DNA of 64,000 nt from Mobula hypostoma. Taxonomy: Eukaryota. The position numbers were made by a program, and so were the translations under genes. The DNA is taken from positions 26,600,001-26,664,000 of the forward strand of contig NC_086097.1 of NCBI RefSeq assembly GCF_963921235.1, read 5' to 3'. Below the pieces are notes generated by a model. The model saw nothing but the letters and a program-made list of their open reading frames with translations, had not been told where the DNA came from and did no database searches. Within the stretch, counting starts at the first letter, position 1. Every line of letters begins with the position of its first letter. Below, in pieces: positions 63,145 to 64,000 of this stretch.

Positions 63145-64000
63145 AATAATATTTATTTGTTATTGTGACCGAAGGTTCAGTCGCTCAGCATTCAAGATGA
63201 GGTAATAAATTAGATTAGACATTGGCTTTGTGGAAGAAGCCAGAGAGTATGAATAGATGACTGTTAGCAGATGTTAGTAGGAGGCCTGTAGCTGGTGGAG
63301 TGCCACAAGGATCGGTGCTGGGTCTGTTTTTGTTATCATCTGTATCGAGAATCTAGATGATATTGTGGCTAACTAGATCAGCAAATTTGCAGGTGACAAC
63401 AAGATTGGCTGTACACTGGACAGTGAGGAAGGCTATCATAGCTTGCAGAGGAATCTGGATCAGCTGGAAAAATAGGCTGGAAAATTGCAGATGGAATTTA
63501 ATGCAGGCAAGTGTGAGGCTTGGCACTTCAGAAGGACCAACCAAGGTAGGTCTTACACAGTGAACAGTAGGGCACTGAGGAATGCGGTAGAACAGGTAGA
63601 TAGGGTCATAAAGAATGCTTTAGGCACATCGGCCTTCATAAATCAAATAATTGGGTACAGGAAATGGGATGTCATGCTGAAGTTGTATAAAATGTTTGTA
63701 AGGCCTAATTTGGAATATTGTGTGCAATTTTAGTCATACCTGCAGGAATGATGTAAACAAGGTTGAAAGAGTACAGAGAAAATATCTTAGTTATAAGGAG
63801 TTATAACTCCTTATAAGGAAAGATTGAACAGATTAGGACTTTATTCGTTAGAACATAGAAGACTGAGAGGAGATCTGATAGAGGTATACAAAATTATGAG
63901 GGATATTGACAGGGTAAATGCAGGCAGGCTTTTGAAAATAATATTTATTTGTTATTGTGACCGAAGGTTCAGTCGCTCAGCATTCAAGATGAGGTAATAA
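63145..64000 (+). repeat. Direct duplication, offset 792 nt, running off the window end
   Basis: 63145-63208 is identical to 63937-64000. Confidence 0.9.
63170..63932 (+). mobile_element. Degraded CR1 RT fragment
   Basis: GVPQGSVLG, KFAGDNKIG, MEFNAGKCE and FVRPNLEYCVQF remnants. Confidence 0.88.

Noticed and set aside
1..64000. CRISPR arrays, operons, rRNA or prokaryotic defence systems
   Set aside because: No regularly spaced repeat-spacer arrays or gene-dense segments; the window is vertebrate intronic and promoter DNA.

Overview
Vertebrate nuclear DNA. The repeat landscape (CR1, Rex1/Babar and RTE LINEs, V-domain and CORE tRNA-SINEs, Penelope-like elements) points to a cartilaginous fish, probably a ray; this taxon call is inferred. 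No host protein is recognisable. Nearly all ORFs in the track are retroelement debris or spurious, and the only long ORF (457-2541, minus) is a 5'-truncated CR1 reverse transcriptase. The window most likely holds the 5' end and long first introns of an unidentified minus-strand gene. Its parts are a CpG-island promoter at ~62.2-62.66 kb, candidate non-coding exons at ~62305-62049 and 60021-59968 carrying uORFs, a second CpG-retaining island at 41.5-42.8 kb, and a candidate first coding exon at 31653-31550 (MSALQPVDPKTLVDFAFLSETCRLRFFHER). The most notable non-gene structures are: repeated TSD-flanked Penelope-like insertions with an inverted architecture and minimal hammerhead-ribozyme motifs (the largest forms a ~420-bp inverted repeat at 14.7-15.8 kb); tRNA/CORE SINEs with swapped bodies and tails; an unclassified 330-nt insertion with hammerhead-like parts in non-canonical order; Harbinger and Tc1 MITEs; several perfect palindromes; and local tandem duplications. 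I do not see a clearly new biological system; the findings are candidates to check. Boundaries of old repeats are approximate.
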